Shown: positions 12,034-24,066, counted from the whole stretch's first letter. The stretch is DNA of 62,715 nt, filler included, from Globobulimina sp. (GCA_003354225.1; 47 parts of 47 records of this genome joined end to end with filler, not necessarily neighbours in it), one strand, 5' to 3'. Numbers and translations: made by a program. Notes: generated by a model from the sequence alone, not told the origin.

Positions 12034-13270
12034 CAATCCACTGTGCCGCCTACGCTGCCGACCACATTCTTCAATATCGACCATCAGTCCACAGTGGTGA
12101 CCATACCACCGACGCTGCCCACTACTTTCTTCAACATCGAGCATCCGTCCACCATACCGCCCCCATTCATGCATATCGACGCACAGTCCACCATTCCGCC
12201 CACCTTTGTCATGCAAGAGGCACAGTCCACAGTCACTGTGGGGCCGTCCATCCCGTCCTTAGCTACGCATGTCACAGTGGAGAATGAGGAGAATGAGAAT
12301 GAGGTTGACAACAATGACACCAGCACAGATATTAATAATTACTCGACCGTGACGAATACGACCTATTTAACCTCTGCTACCAAGCGGTATCAGTTGGATG
12401 CGCGGAGCGGTGATGGCTGTGATGGCAATACGTATGAGTTTAGTTCGTCTGAGGATGTAAATCAACTGTCATCCGGCGATGAATCGACTTGTATCACTGT
12501 GCCAAATACCAAACGAAAATCAGATACCGTTTCCGCATTGTCGATGGTGAATTGTTTACGGCAGAATATTTCTGTCAATTATCGACGCCGCGAATACAGT
12601 TCGACTGCGGGCAATATACAGTTGTCGAAATCCATTACGTTGAGTGAGCATAATCCTTTATTTGACGTTGAAAAACGAAGAAATAAATCAGAGATTGTAG
12701 TGGTGGATACTATGGATAATGGCAATGAATTATCGAGTGCCTCTTCAGTGATTATGGGCAAAATTAAACGCATAAAACGTGTATTGTCCATTGGCAAATC
12801 GGACGATACGGCGATTACGCCAAGTGATTCGGATACGGTGTCGTATCAAAATAATACGGGCTCTTTGAATTCCATGGATGATAATTGTACGTTGAAATTG
12901 TTCCCAACGTTTGTGATGTCGGACAAAATAAAACATAGAAAGGTTGGCTCGGTGCAAACTAAAAATACAGTCAGTGATAGTTTGTCGTATTTTAACGATA
13001 CGAAATGTGCAGAAACATCGGATGATGATAGTGAGGTTTATGATGATAGCGAGGCATCTTATGAATGGATAAAATCAGCACTGCAAAATTGTGATGAGGA
13101 TGGATGGGATAAATATTATAAAAACTTTAAAAAACATAAAGTTGGAGATAGAAGATTAACGAAATTAGGGGACGGAGATTGGAGAGAACTGATCCCTGAT
13201 ATCGGTCCAAGGAATGATTTCAAAGAATTATGGATTGTTAAACAATTAAATGATGATATTAGTCATATTT
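12034..13270 (+). CDS. Low-complexity protein with N-terminal STIPPT repeats and C-terminal SAM-like domain, partial
   Basis: Repeated (Q/P)STxPP(T)xF units. WIKSAL...WDKYYKNFKKHKV...DWRELIPDIGPRNDF is SAM-like. Confidence 0.6.
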
Positions 13271-13571
13271 NNNNNNNNNNNNNNNNNNNNNNNNNNNNNN
13301 NNNNNNNNNNNNNNTTAATTAATTAANNNNNNNNNNNNNNNNNNNNNNNNNNNNNNNNNNNNNNNNNNNNTGCTCAGAAAATAATTATAATATCATTTTA
13401 TGTCCAGAAAACGGTCATAAAATGTTTTTCTAAGTCAGACTTTGAAAATGCTGCAGCCTTGGTTGGCAGAAACAATTTGAGATCAAAATGGTAAAAAACA
13501 AGCTAAAGAGTTTCGCCATTGTTCTTCTTAAAAAGTTTTTCGTGGAGCAAGATTAAATAAATGTCAGTGCC

Positions 13572-14561
13572 TCATTCATCTTGAACATCAATCAGATATT
13601 TTTCAATAATATCTTTCTGATAAGGGATTGAATAAATTGTGGCTCCTCTTCCTTGAGAATTGATGTCCTCTCTAATAATATCATGATCTACAAATTCACC
13701 AATATATTGTCGAAATTTTAAATCATTATTCACAATCAACTGATCCTCACACAACAAAAACCACTCATCATCTTCCAATCCAATCCCATTTGCAATTTGA
13801 TGTTGAGCTAAAATGCTAATAATCTCCGCATGGATCGGTGTCAATGATGACATTATATGTTCCAAACCATGATTTTGTCGATTACCGCTGGATACTTTTA
13901 TCGTTTTATCCTTTTCAAATTCCATCTCTTCGAAATAGTGTTTATATGTTGTGATTTCATGATAAATCCAATGGAAATTTGATAAATGATTCCTGTCCCA
14001 AAGCAACAACGAATGGATATGGTCAACAGACGCAATCAAATGAATATATTTACAATTTGCCAAAGTAGAAAACATGCGTTGAATCTTATTTTTCCGTAAA
14101 ACTTTACCATCGATATTATGAATGATCAAATAATAATATTTATGAATCAAAACATTAGCATTCACACTCTCTTCTAAATACGTCACGATATTAACTGCTC
14201 TTTGTTGCGTATTGGGAGAGCTTTTAATTGTATTTTTTTTGCTTTTCCTTTTCTTATCTTTATCCACAATGACAGTCACAAGCGAATCCATTATCTGTTT
14301 GATAGTGATTGTATCATCAAAGCCATTCACACGAATCACAATTCCGTCCGGGTCGTTGCAGCAAAATGTTACGCCAAAATCTTCTAAAATATGTTTCTTG
14401 GAACCAACTCCGTAAAATAATAAATTGAAACCGGATTTCAATTCAATTAGCCACTGTTTATATTTTTGTCTCGTTTCATTCATTATTTTCCTTTTCAAAT
14501 CCTCATTTCTTGGGTGCTGCACTTCGTATTGTGTCAATCGGATAATTTCCTTTTTCAGCAT
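13572..14561 (-). CDS. ORC2: Origin recognition complex subunit 2, C-terminal domain
   Basis: GFNLLFYGVGSK, LIIHNIDG, IHLIASVDHIH..LLWD, FHWIYHEITTY and EFVDH motifs. Confidence 0.93.
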   Translation of the reverse strand: MLKKEIIRLTQYEVQHPRNEDLKRKIMNETRQKYKQWLIELKSGFNLLFYGVGSKKHILEDFGVTFCCNDPDGIVIRVNGFDDTITIKQIMDSLVTVIVDKDKKRKSKKNTIKSSPNTQQRAVNIVTYLEESVNANVLIHKYYYLIIHNIDGKVLRKNKIQRMFSTLANCKYIHLIASVDHIHSLLLWDRNHLSNFHWIYHEITTYKHYFEEMEFEKDKTIKVSSGNRQNHGLEHIMSSLTPIHAEIISILAQHQIANGIGLEDDEWFLLCEDQLIVNNDLKFRQYIGEFVDHDIIREDINSQGRGATIYSIPYQKDIIEKYLIDVQDE

Positions 14562-14718
14562 AATATATCATTGCGTGCTTCGGAAATATATTTATATTCA
14601 ACTTGAANNNNNNNNNNNNNNNNNNNNNNNNNNNNNNNNNNNNNNNNNNNNTTAATTAATTAANNNNNNNNNNNNNNNNNNNNNNNNNNNNNNNNNNNNN
14701 NNNNNNNGATTTTAGGTT

Positions 14719-15206
14719 TCATTCATTCTCTTTTTCTTCTTTTGTTTCTGTTTGATTTGCTTCATACATTACATCCGTGCGAATAATATATTTTGTGCCT
14801 TCAATTACCTCCTCGCCAGAATGCCACTTTTCTTTTTTTCCATTTCTTTGGGATATATTCTTCAATCCTTTTAAAAAAGAATCGAGCCATTTCATGCGAG
14901 TCGATCATAACTCGCGAATTATTCCTTCCTTCCTTCCAAATTCAACTGTTGTCCTTTCATATAATTATCCTTTGTACGAACATAAGCTGGGCCATATTTT
15001 TGTTTTTCTGACATCTTTCTCAATGTTTTACATTCCTTCTTTGTGAATGCATTTCGAATCAAAATACAAAATCTATCTTTATGAGGTTCATACGGAACGG
15101 TAACTTTCTCCATTGACATGTCCAGCGGTGAGGGATGATTATCTGTTACGAATTTGTGGGACCGGACGTTCTTTCTTCCCAATGCTGCGGCTTCCTTTTG
15201 TTGTAC
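14719..15206 (-). pseudogene. Disrupted 2OG-Fe(II) prolyl-4-hydroxylase-like gene
   Basis: N-terminal LIRNAFTKKEC. Removing one GGAA unit (about 14922-14937) restores RNNSRVMIDSHEMARFFFKRI..IP. The C-terminal WHSGEEVIEGTKYIIRTDVMY follows immediately in another frame, and the HxD core is absent. Confidence 0.75.
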
Positions 15207-15360
15207 TTAATTGTTTAAAACGCATAATATATCCAGAGGAATAGAAGGTATATACCTTTTCATCTAAAACAGTGCCCTGTTTTACGCCATGCTTCTTAGC
15301 TCCACCTCGTGCGTTTGATTTTTAATACGATTTTTCTTAAACTACTCAACTCGCAGTTAA

Positions 15361-15944
15361 ATGGGCAATGCAGCACGAAAACAAAAGAAAATTAACTGGA
15401 AAAAATCAGACGGTAAAATATTACGAAAGAAAAAAATAGAAAAGAAAAACAGATCACAATTATTAGTAAGTGGATACGTTAGAAACTGCAGCACTCCATA
15501 CATCCATACAGATATTATTAGCATTATTCATGCCCATTATTATATTTTATTGCTATTATATTCTATCGGCGGCAACAGATATGGACAACAAGGTAATGGA
15601 GGAAACGAAGATATTAAACAAATAACAAAAATAAAAACATTTGAAAAACAAATAAAAAATATTGTTACTTGTGGTGGTAAGTCTGGTGTAGCAGCATACA
15701 TTGTATTTTATGATGAAACATATGAATGTTGCGGTCATAATGGAATGTGTGTATTAGGTGTTGGCCATTATAATAATATTAATATATGGCATCAAATAAA
15801 AGATATGAAAATAAAAAATATATTTTCATCACCAAACGAATCAAGACATTCATTTTGTATTTCAAATGAGAATAAATTATATGCTGTCGGACGGAATGAC
15901 AGTAATCAATTTGGTATAGAAACAAATGAACAACGTAATAATAA
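15361..15944 (+). CDS. RCC1-repeat protein, N-terminal part
   Basis: RCC1 repeat motifs YSIGGNRYGQQG, CGHN..CVLG and LYAVGRNDSNQFG; N-terminal LLVSGYVR...DIISII motif. Confidence 0.8.
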
Positions 15945-16044
15945 NNNNNNNNNNNNNNNNNNNNNNNNNNNNNNNNNNNNNNNNNNNNTTAATTAATTAA
16001 NNNNNNNNNNNNNNNNNNNNNNNNNNNNNNNNNNNNNNNNNNNN

Positions 16045-16505
16045 TTAAAGCCTTTCATAGAGATAGATCGTTGAGTGACAAAAAAAAATTCAACCACGAA
16101 CTAACTGAGGCATTCAATCAATATGTAGAACTCTTTGCAACTGCAATCATAGGTCATGTATTTAAACTGTGGAAAGTTATGTGTCATTTCTCCGAAGCAC
16201 CGGAGAATTTGAGCAAACCAAAACTTTTCCAAAAATATTACTACACGGCTGTACTAAATCTAAGGCGCCTGGGGATGTTACGCGCTTTAGACGAAATCTA
16301 TAGACAACAATGCACATACAATAATATTTTTCATGCTGGCGATTACCTAATCCATAATGTATTTCCTACTCACGGTGATGAAAATATAGAAACGTGGACC
16401 GATTTTTGGTATGATGCGTTTCAAATTTTCATATTTTGGTGCTCCGAAAAGGAAAAACTTGACAATGATAGCGAGATGAGTATTAAAACTGACTTTTTTG
16501 ATTAA
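16045..16505 (+). CDS. Hypothetical protein (5'-partial) on virus-like contig
   Basis: Open from the contig edge, intronless, followed by AATAAA near 16579. Confidence 0.55.
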
Positions 16506-16606
16506 AAATGTACAAAAGGATTACTAACTGAATGATAATGATATTATTAATATTCGTTTATTACGTAATCATTTAGACAATAAACTTTTGACAATAACGG
16601 TCAGTC

Positions 16607-17074
16607 ATGGATAAACGTGAAAATGTTAAAAAAATTTCGAGTTTTCTATTTAAAATGCTCGTACTTGCATTACTAGCTATAAGTATATACTGTGTTGTTA
16701 ACAACAAAAATGACCAAAATATTCAAAAGGAGAGCGAAAATTGCGATAATTGGTTCCGCGCCGCCGAAAATAGTATGATGAGAATTTGTTACGATCCTTT
16801 TGGTCGTTGCGATCGATTAGACATCGCCTTCGATAGAACCGGATTTTTCATTGCCATACCTTACAACGTATTACGAAAAACCGAGACCAATCTCCCAAAA
16901 GGAGATCTAATAATGATAGAATTCGATTTAAAAGTTGACTACTACAATAAGTCGATTATGGCAAAAACGGGAAAAATCACGAAAAAAGTCCTTTTTGATG
17001 ACTCTTTGGCAAACTGCCCGGAATTTGGCCGGTTAGACTTGATCGAGTTCATTGTTAGTGACAATTTTGACTAA
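16607..17074 (+). CDS. Small N-terminally membrane-anchored protein on virus-like contig
   Basis: 155 aa, hydrophobic segment FLFKMLVLALLAISIYCVV, Cys-containing C-terminal region; stop lies 2 nt before the next ATG. Confidence 0.65.
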   Translation: MDKRENVKKISSFLFKMLVLALLAISIYCVVNNKNDQNIQKESENCDNWFRAAENSMMRICYDPFGRCDRLDIAFDRTGFFIAIPYNVLRKTETNLPKGDLIMIEFDLKVDYYNKSIMAKTGKITKKVLFDDSLANCPEFGRLDLIEFIVSDNFD

Positions 17075-17076
17075 GT

Positions 17077-17281
17077 ATGGTGCGGATGATATTAATAGAG
17101 GGAGGGATAGCGGCGGGTAAATCCGCGCTATGTGATTTACTTAGAACTTCTCTATCCGATGTAGCAATTGTAAATACTGAACCTGTAAGAGAGTGGGTAG
17201 AGTGGACTTATAAAGGAAAAACATACAACAATTTGCAAGATTTCTACGAAAATAGACCGGGCGAAGTGTTTAACTTGCAAA
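17077..17281 (+). CDS. Deoxynucleoside kinase (dNK family), N-terminal part
   Basis: P-loop ILIEGGIAAGKS, EPVREW, NLQDFYE and F.LQ: the canonical dNK/TK2 N-terminal motifs. Confidence 0.9.
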
Positions 17282-17776
17282 NNNNNNNNNNNNNNNNNNN
17301 NNNNNNNNNNNNNNNNNNNNNNNNNTTAATTAATTAANNNNNNNNNNNNNNNNNNNNNNNNNNNNNNNNNNNNNNNNNNNNTCGTTTTTGTTGCTGAAAT
17401 TTGCGTCCCTCCTCTTTCTGTTTTAATTCTGATTCGGTCAGAGGTGGCGCATTTTTTCTATTTGACCGGAAACTATAGCTTTTGTTGTGTCTTTGTGCTA
17501 TATTACGGTATGAAGGATTTCCTTTGTTCCACGACGCCATAATACCTAACACGGTTGGCCTTGGTTGTTTGTGTTAATACAGGTGCACTGCCACTCGTTA
17601 CGCTATCTAGACTTTATGGCGTGTTGAATCGCTATCGATTCAGTTCACGTCTGACGGCTTAGTAACTACGAAGACTGTTGCAACTTTCAATATGCAGCAA
17701 GTTAGTATGTTAGTTGAAGTTAGTTGAAGTTAGTTGAAGTTATGATTGTTTTTCTTTTCCCCATTAAACAACATAG

Positions 17777-18563
17777 CATTCCATATTTAATATTGCCTTT
17801 TATCTCTGCTGTCTACGCATTGCTGTATGTTTATATCATAAATGGTTATGTCTTGAAAGTATTTAAGTTGCCAACCAATCCATGCATGGCTCACAAATAT
17901 AAATATGTGCCGACACTCGATAGTGTACAAAGCCAGCAACAGAGTCAATGCACACTGTCAGATGTTTTATGCGACAAACACGGATTCAACGCATTCATCA
18001 GATATTTAACAAAGGAGTTCAGTTTAGAGAGCATTTTGTTTTTTGTAGAAACGGACCAATGGTTACGCTCATTATTAAAGAAGGAGAAATATAAGAAATG
18101 CATTGATGAGACCCAACAAAAGAGCGCCTTCTTAAATGTAAACATATCGCAAACTGCGCCGAAATCCGACATTGTGGAGGAAGGCAATAATAATTTGGAG
18201 GGTGATCCATATGTTTCTGAGGATAATGTTATGCCATCGTTTGATGAATATTTGCAATCTGTCAATTTGTTTAACAAATATATTGCCATCGACTCGTACT
18301 TTTGTATAAATATTAGTTTTACTCAAAGAAATATGTTATATCAACAGTTTGGAATTCACGATAAAAAGAAAAATGTTCTGATATCGGATGAAAATGTTTT
18401 GGGTTTTTTACAAAATGAAAAGGTTTCAAAGCAAACATTATTTCATGTCTTTGACGAGTCTCGCTCAGAAATGTATCGTTTGTTGAAATATGCATTTGAA
18501 AGATTTAAGCGGTCTGAGAAAGGAAAGGAATATATTCAACAAAAATATCAGACTAGTATGTAA
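17777..18563 (+). CDS. Membrane-anchored RGS-domain protein (TM-RGS), last exon
   Basis: TM helix, then LSDVL...FIRYLTKEFSLESILFFVE, FNKYI...CINIS and FDE...MYRLL...FERFKRS. Acceptor ...CATAG at 17776. Confidence 0.85.
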
Positions 18564-18718
18564 TACGCATCTTTTTTTTCCATTTTTTATATATTTTATA
18601 TTTTATATTTTATATTTTNNNNNNNNNNNNNNNNNNNNNNNNNNNNNNNNNNNNNNNNNNNNTTAATTAATTAANNNNNNNNNNNNNNNNNNNNNNNNNN
18701 NNNNNNNNNNNNNNNNNN

Positions 18719-19585
18719 CAAAAACAAAACATTACTAAACGGATCTTGTGTAATATCGTGACAATCAAAATGATCAAACACAACGTGTAATTTATCAGAA
18801 CCAACCTGTTCGCCGTATGCGATATTGGTTGGAATCAAAGTTGTGTCCCCAACGCAAGTCGCATTGCCATGATTTATAAACTGCGCAGCGCCAACATCTA
18901 ATTCTTCAGAGTCATCCGATGATATCCCATCATCTGACACAGCTCCGTCATCTTCTAATCTTCTTCGGTCTGCCTCTGCATCGCCATCATCACCATCAGA
19001 TGAAAAATCTACAGCTTCAAATTCAGAGTCACAGGATTTAAATTCAAATACTAACACTAATTTCGCATCGCTATGATTGGAGCTCCAGTAATAACCATTT
19101 AATTCAAAAGTATATTCTAAGCCATATTGCGTGTCATCAACGGGTGAGTTTGCCACAGCAAATACAAATCGCATGGATGTAAATTCAGGATAATCTTCAC
19201 CAGCACGCGAAGGATCTGTTGGTTCGCCCACTAATTCAAAAGATTTGTTATCTGCGCCTTTGGTATACGTCCATGTCACATCATTTTCAAAATCGATGTC
19301 TGAATCGCTGACTTCTTCGTGCATGCCATAGTCAACAGAACCTGCAGTTGTATCATAAAAAGTCGCTTCAAACATCTCTTCTAATGTTAGACAATAAACT
19401 TGTGAGTAACGATTTAAGTCGGAGGCTAAAACAATTTCTGGCTCATCGTTCTCGTCCGAATACACTAAAACTACCATTCCGTTCCAATTATTCTCGTCTT
19501 CATTGTCATCGAGCGAAAATTGCTGGTCGCTAGCAACGTTTTCAAAACCTAATGCGTATAACAGGAACAATAAAAAAAATATCAT
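18719..19585 (-). CDS. Secreted acidic protein of unknown function, 3'-truncated
   Basis: Signal peptide MIFFLLFLLYALG; D/E-rich; RRRL putative processing site. Confidence 0.7.
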
Positions 19586-19711
19586 TTTTGTGCTAATAAT
19601 TGCTACTTGCTTTAGTTTGGTTGTAGTGGGGAGTAAGATGCTTTAAGAAAGAAAGATGTGGTGTTATTTGTGTATGGTAGAAAAACGTCACTGTGATTTA
19701 CACTCAAAAAC

Positions 19712-19955
19712 ATGCGTGACAACATTTCCGGTCTGAGTGATGATGAAAGTTATGATCACGGTGACAAATACGACAATGATGAAACAATGGGCACATGTTC
19801 TAAAGATTGTTTATTTTTCTGTTTGCAATGTATATATATAATAGCGAATTTTCTGATGTTATTGGTAGGCATTGCCGTTATGGCATTGACTGTATTTGTC
19901 AAAGAAAACGAAGAGTATATATTTGGTTTTGGTACAGTCCATAACTCCATAATAT
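19712..19955 (+). CDS. Tetraspanin-like protein, N-terminal part
   Basis: C...L...N.L.LLVG..V pattern typical of tetraspanin TM1. Confidence 0.5.
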
Positions 19956-20095
19956 NNNNNNNNNNNNNNNNNNNNNNNNNNNNNNNNNNNNNNNNNNNNT
20001 TAATTAATTAANNNNNNNNNNNNNNNNNNNNNNNNNNNNNNNNNNNNNNNNNNNNATTGTCAACCTGTATAAAATCAAAAAAAACAAATTAAAAA

Positions 20096-20968
20096 TTAAT
20101 ATAAGTATTTTTTTATGGTTTGGATAAAAACAATTCTGTAGATAAATGAAAAAATGTCCACCGTCAGAATTGTTATTCTGGATTCGGTCTTATGCTGAAA
20201 CATGTTTTTTGAAATAGAACAAACCTCTTTTTCTGTATCAGTTTTATTTCGATTCTTTTTTTCTTTTTCGTTTTCTTGAAACTGGATCAATGAATCTGAT
20301 TTTTGCAAAATAAAAAAATATATAACAAATAAACCTATGGGAAAAATTAAACATAAAATAATTGGAATGAATTTATATTTTTTCGGAAAATAATACATAA
20401 TGCGACCCCACAACGTGCCAACAATAGCACCAATACCGCTGCCGGTGGATGTTGCATTTGTGCATGATTCATGATAGAAAGCTCCATATTGTAATAATGT
20501 AATTTCAATCACTAACGAGGCAACGGATGCTAATACAATACAAATCATGGCGACTAATCTTGGCCAAATAATTAAAGAATCATTATTTTCATATTTTGTG
20601 ATGGATATTTGATACACAATACTCATCATTACGAAATTTAATACAAATAAAATTGATGAAATTATTATTCGCATGTTATATGAGATTAATTTTGTCCAAT
20701 ATGGAGCAGTAAAGTTTATAATTAATTGAGATCCATACGAACAAATTAAGGTTGTAGCCACACCATATTTAGAATCACCGAGGACAGAATTTGCGATTGA
20801 TTGATAAAATTGAATGGCAGCCACTTGACAACAGTTTATAATCATAAATGATAAATACTCTCTCCAACTGTGTTCATGAAGACTTAGTCTACGACCACCA
20901 TTTGACTCCGATTGGATGCTAATCGATACATTTCCTGCGTCTTTTGCTGATTCATGATCATCTGACAT
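20096..20968 (-). CDS. CLN3: CLN3/battenin (BTN1)-like membrane protein, N-terminal part
   Basis: LIINFTAPYW..LISYNMRI, LASVAS...EITLL...AFY and TSTGSGIGAIVG match battenin motifs (ASxSSGLGExTFL, WSSGTGGAG). Confidence 0.7.
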   Translation of the reverse strand: MSDDHESAKDAGNVSISIQSESNGGRRLSLHEHSWREYLSFMIINCCQVAAIQFYQSIANSVLGDSKYGVATTLICSYGSQLIINFTAPYWTKLISYNMRIIISSILFVLNFVMMSIVYQISITKYENNDSLIIWPRLVAMICIVLASVASLVIEITLLQYGAFYHESCTNATSTGSGIGAIVGTLWGRIMYYFPKKYKFIPIILCLIFPIGLFVIYFFILQKSDSLIQFQENEKEKKNRNKTDTEKEVCSISKNMFQHKTESRITILTVDIFSFIYRIVFIQTIKKYLY

Positions 20969-21392
20969 TATTATTAATTTTGACGATAAATATAGATGTG
21001 ATAAATATAAATATAGATGTGATAAATATAAATACCTACAAATATAGATAGTTCATAATCAGTTATTAATAGTTAGAATCAAATACATTATAGACGTCCA
21101 ATTTTGATTTGGTTGGAGGGTGACCTCAAAAAATATAAAGATTGCTATCTGTAGTAAATGGTTGATACAGTAGTAATAGGGTTTTTGCTTTTAGTTCATT
21201 TCTTCAATGAACGCTTTGATAATTGAAGAAAAAAAAACTTTTGTCATTTAGAAACATAACATTTTGCTTTCGTCATGGCACTCAGCGAATTANNNNNNNN
21301 NNNNNNNNNNNNNNNNNNNNNNNNNNNNNNNNNNNNTTAATTAATTAANNNNNNNNNNNNNNNNNNNNNNNNNNNNNNNNNNNNNNNNNNNN

Positions 21393-21644
21393 AGATAAAT
21401 ACCAAGGAAATATTTCGTCGTAATCGTTTTTTGACATTTGTACATAAATCGAATGAAAATCATAACGATATCTCGATGGTGGATCCGTAATAACGAAACT
21501 TAATTTGTCCCAACCATTTCTAATGTCTGATATTATGCCTTGGATAGCAACGTTACCATTGTCATTTACACCTAACTCCCTAATTGGTTTGTAGTTTCTG
21601 TTGTATTTTGTTACTTGTGTACCTAAAGCTAAATTAGGTAACAT
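21393..21644 (-). CDS. Hypothetical protein, 3'-truncated
   Basis: ATG-initiated, intronless, runs to the contig edge. Confidence 0.45.
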
Positions 21645-21885
21645 ATTTATTGGTGTGGTTATGTATACACTATTATCAATATATTACGTAACATATACGT
21701 AACATATAAAAAGATTTCCTTTTTCCAGTCTAGCATCGTTTGTTTCGCTAGATAGTGATCCGTTCACGTTATAAAACGTATCTTGATATATTCAGTTAAT
21801 TGTAAAAAAAAGTTGGTGAAAAAAAAAACAAAACATTAATTAAACATTAAATTCATGCATTAAATTCATAAGTTAACAATTAAAT

Positions 21886-22359
21886 TCATGCATTTGCTTC
21901 GTTGAATCCTTTCTCCCTTGCTATATATTTGGTCCATTGTGGATCTTCATCTGGATCGTAATCTTCATCCATGCAATTTTCAAAAAAACTAGTTTCATCC
22001 ATATATTCCACTTGGCTACCCGTTTCAGCAATTTCTACGTTCTCAGATTCATTATCTCCATCAATGTATTCAACTTCATATAACTGGAGCATTACTCGCA
22101 TCTCAGATAATAGATCTTGATGTCTTGCATTTATTATTTTTTCTAAACCATTAACTTTTGTTTTTACTGTATCTTCAATCATATTATAAAATACATCACC
22201 GCATAGACCGCTTTTTTGTAATTCTTGTATTTTTGTTTCAAGTGTTTTTATTGCAGTTTCTTTTTGTATGATAATTCTTCGAAACTGCGCCTTGTCTTTT
22301 TGTGCAGCGAGAAATCTTGATTGCCAATATTTCCAATCTTCATTGTTTGTATTGTTCAT
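21886..22359 (-). CDS. Hypothetical coiled-coil/acidic protein
   Basis: 157-aa ATG-initiated intronless ORF. Confidence 0.55.
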   Translation of the reverse strand: MNNTNNEDWKYWQSRFLAAQKDKAQFRRIIIQKETAIKTLETKIQELQKSGLCGDVFYNMIEDTVKTKVNGLEKIINARHQDLLSEMRVMLQLYEVEYIDGDNESENVEIAETGSQVEYMDETSFFENCMDEDYDPDEDPQWTKYIAREKGFNEANA

Positions 22360-22729
22360 ATCTAAAATTATAGAGAATTTGTTATTTGACGATTATGTTA
22401 TTAATTTTAACGGATTGTTATTAATTTAATTATATCTATTAAAATATATTGTTATTAATTTAACGGATTATGTTCATAATGACGTAAATCATGCGTGAAT
22501 TTGTTTTTAGTGTATTCCATATATTTGCTAAATTAATTTTAATTGCATATCTTGACATATGGGTGTTCTTGTTTGAACTTTATTTTTTTCTGTATAGCAC
22601 TAAATTCAAAAAAAAAAAAAATATCTGCGNNNNNNNNNNNNNNNNNNNNNNNNNNNNNNNNNNNNNNNNNNNNTTAATTAATTAANNNNNNNNNNNNNNN
22701 NNNNNNNNNNNNNNNNNNNNNNNNNNNNN

Positions 22730-23770
22730 GGATCATCAGTGGGACTCTTCGTTGTTGGAAACGATGTTGGAGCACTTATTTAATACATTTGTGTTTGTTT
22801 TTTTGTGCTGTCAAGATGGATATATTGATTTCTTACATACGGTGTGGGTGCTATTGATGGACGAAATGTTGGTTTTGGTGTCGGCAGATTTGTAGGAGAT
22901 GATGTCGGGTTATTTGTAGGTGCTGGAGTAGGTTGTGTGGTTGGTGCAGGTGTTGGATTGCCAGTGGGTGAAGTCGTAGGATTGTCTGTTGGTGATAATG
23001 TTGTTGGAAATGGAGTTGTTGGAAATTGAGTTGGTGATATTGGAGTCATAGAAGGTGGAGCTGATGTTGAGTGTGTTGGAGAATCGGTGGGTGTTTTTGT
23101 TGGATTATAGGTTGGAATCAGCGTGGGTTCCACTGTTGGATCGGTATGCGGATTGATTGTTGGCTCTAAGGTGGGAACCGATGTTGGATCCTGTATTTGT
23201 ATATACATTGCAACAAAGAACAGAAAAAACGCAAAAACAGTATAACGTTTGTCCGCGCTTAACATTTGTGGATAATGTTGGTTCGAGAGTGGGATCAATG
23301 GTTGGTATTCCTGTTGTAATTGGTTCGAGAGTGGGATTGCTGGTTGGTTCAGATGTCGGTGAAGCGGAATATGATAATGGTATTGTTGCAGGACAATATC
23401 CAGTACATTGGAAGCTGCGCGCATTGTTTGTAGAAATGTAAATATTTTCACAAACGCTGCCCACTCCATCTATACACATAAGATGGCAATGACCGGTGCC
23501 GCATTGTATTTCGCCACTTCCTTTACAGGCATCTCTCCCGTCACAGGTCACTGTTTATGTTTTTACATATAATTTAGTTAATATTTACGTACTTTGTGTA
23601 TGAAATTATGCAGTTGAATACCAGTGACATCGGTGGCATCAGTCCCAATCACCGCAGCATCGCCGCATGAAGCAATACCAATGCAATGGACGGTGCATGG
23701 CTGGTTTGCTTTGCATGTTAATGTCACAGTTGCGTCTTTACACTGATCCTTTCCAACGCAACTGTGTGTT
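22730..23770 (-). CDS. Multi-exon surface protein with Cys-rich (CxGxDxC) domain and TxxP (PT) repeat stalk, partial
   Basis: CDGRDACK...C.G..VC, long PTxxPT arrays; ORF fragments are separated by short GT-AG segments. Confidence 0.75.
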
Positions 23771-24066
23771 TCATGATTATTAATTAAATAATTGGGAGAT
23801 GTTTATTATGTGAATAACTTTATTATGCAAGCATTGTTTTGAATGCATGTACAATCTTCTTTTGCGCCACATTCTATTGTATGATCGCGGCGAGAACCAA
23901 CAAGACTAAATGCATCAGGAAGCACTAGTTTTGAAGCAAGTTTTTTTTTTTTTTTAAGAATAAATGNNNNNNNNNNNNNNNNNNNNNNNNNNNNNNNNNN
24001 NNNNNNNNNNTTAATTAATTAANNNNNNNNNNNNNNNNNNNNNNNNNNNNNNNNNNNNNNNNNNNN

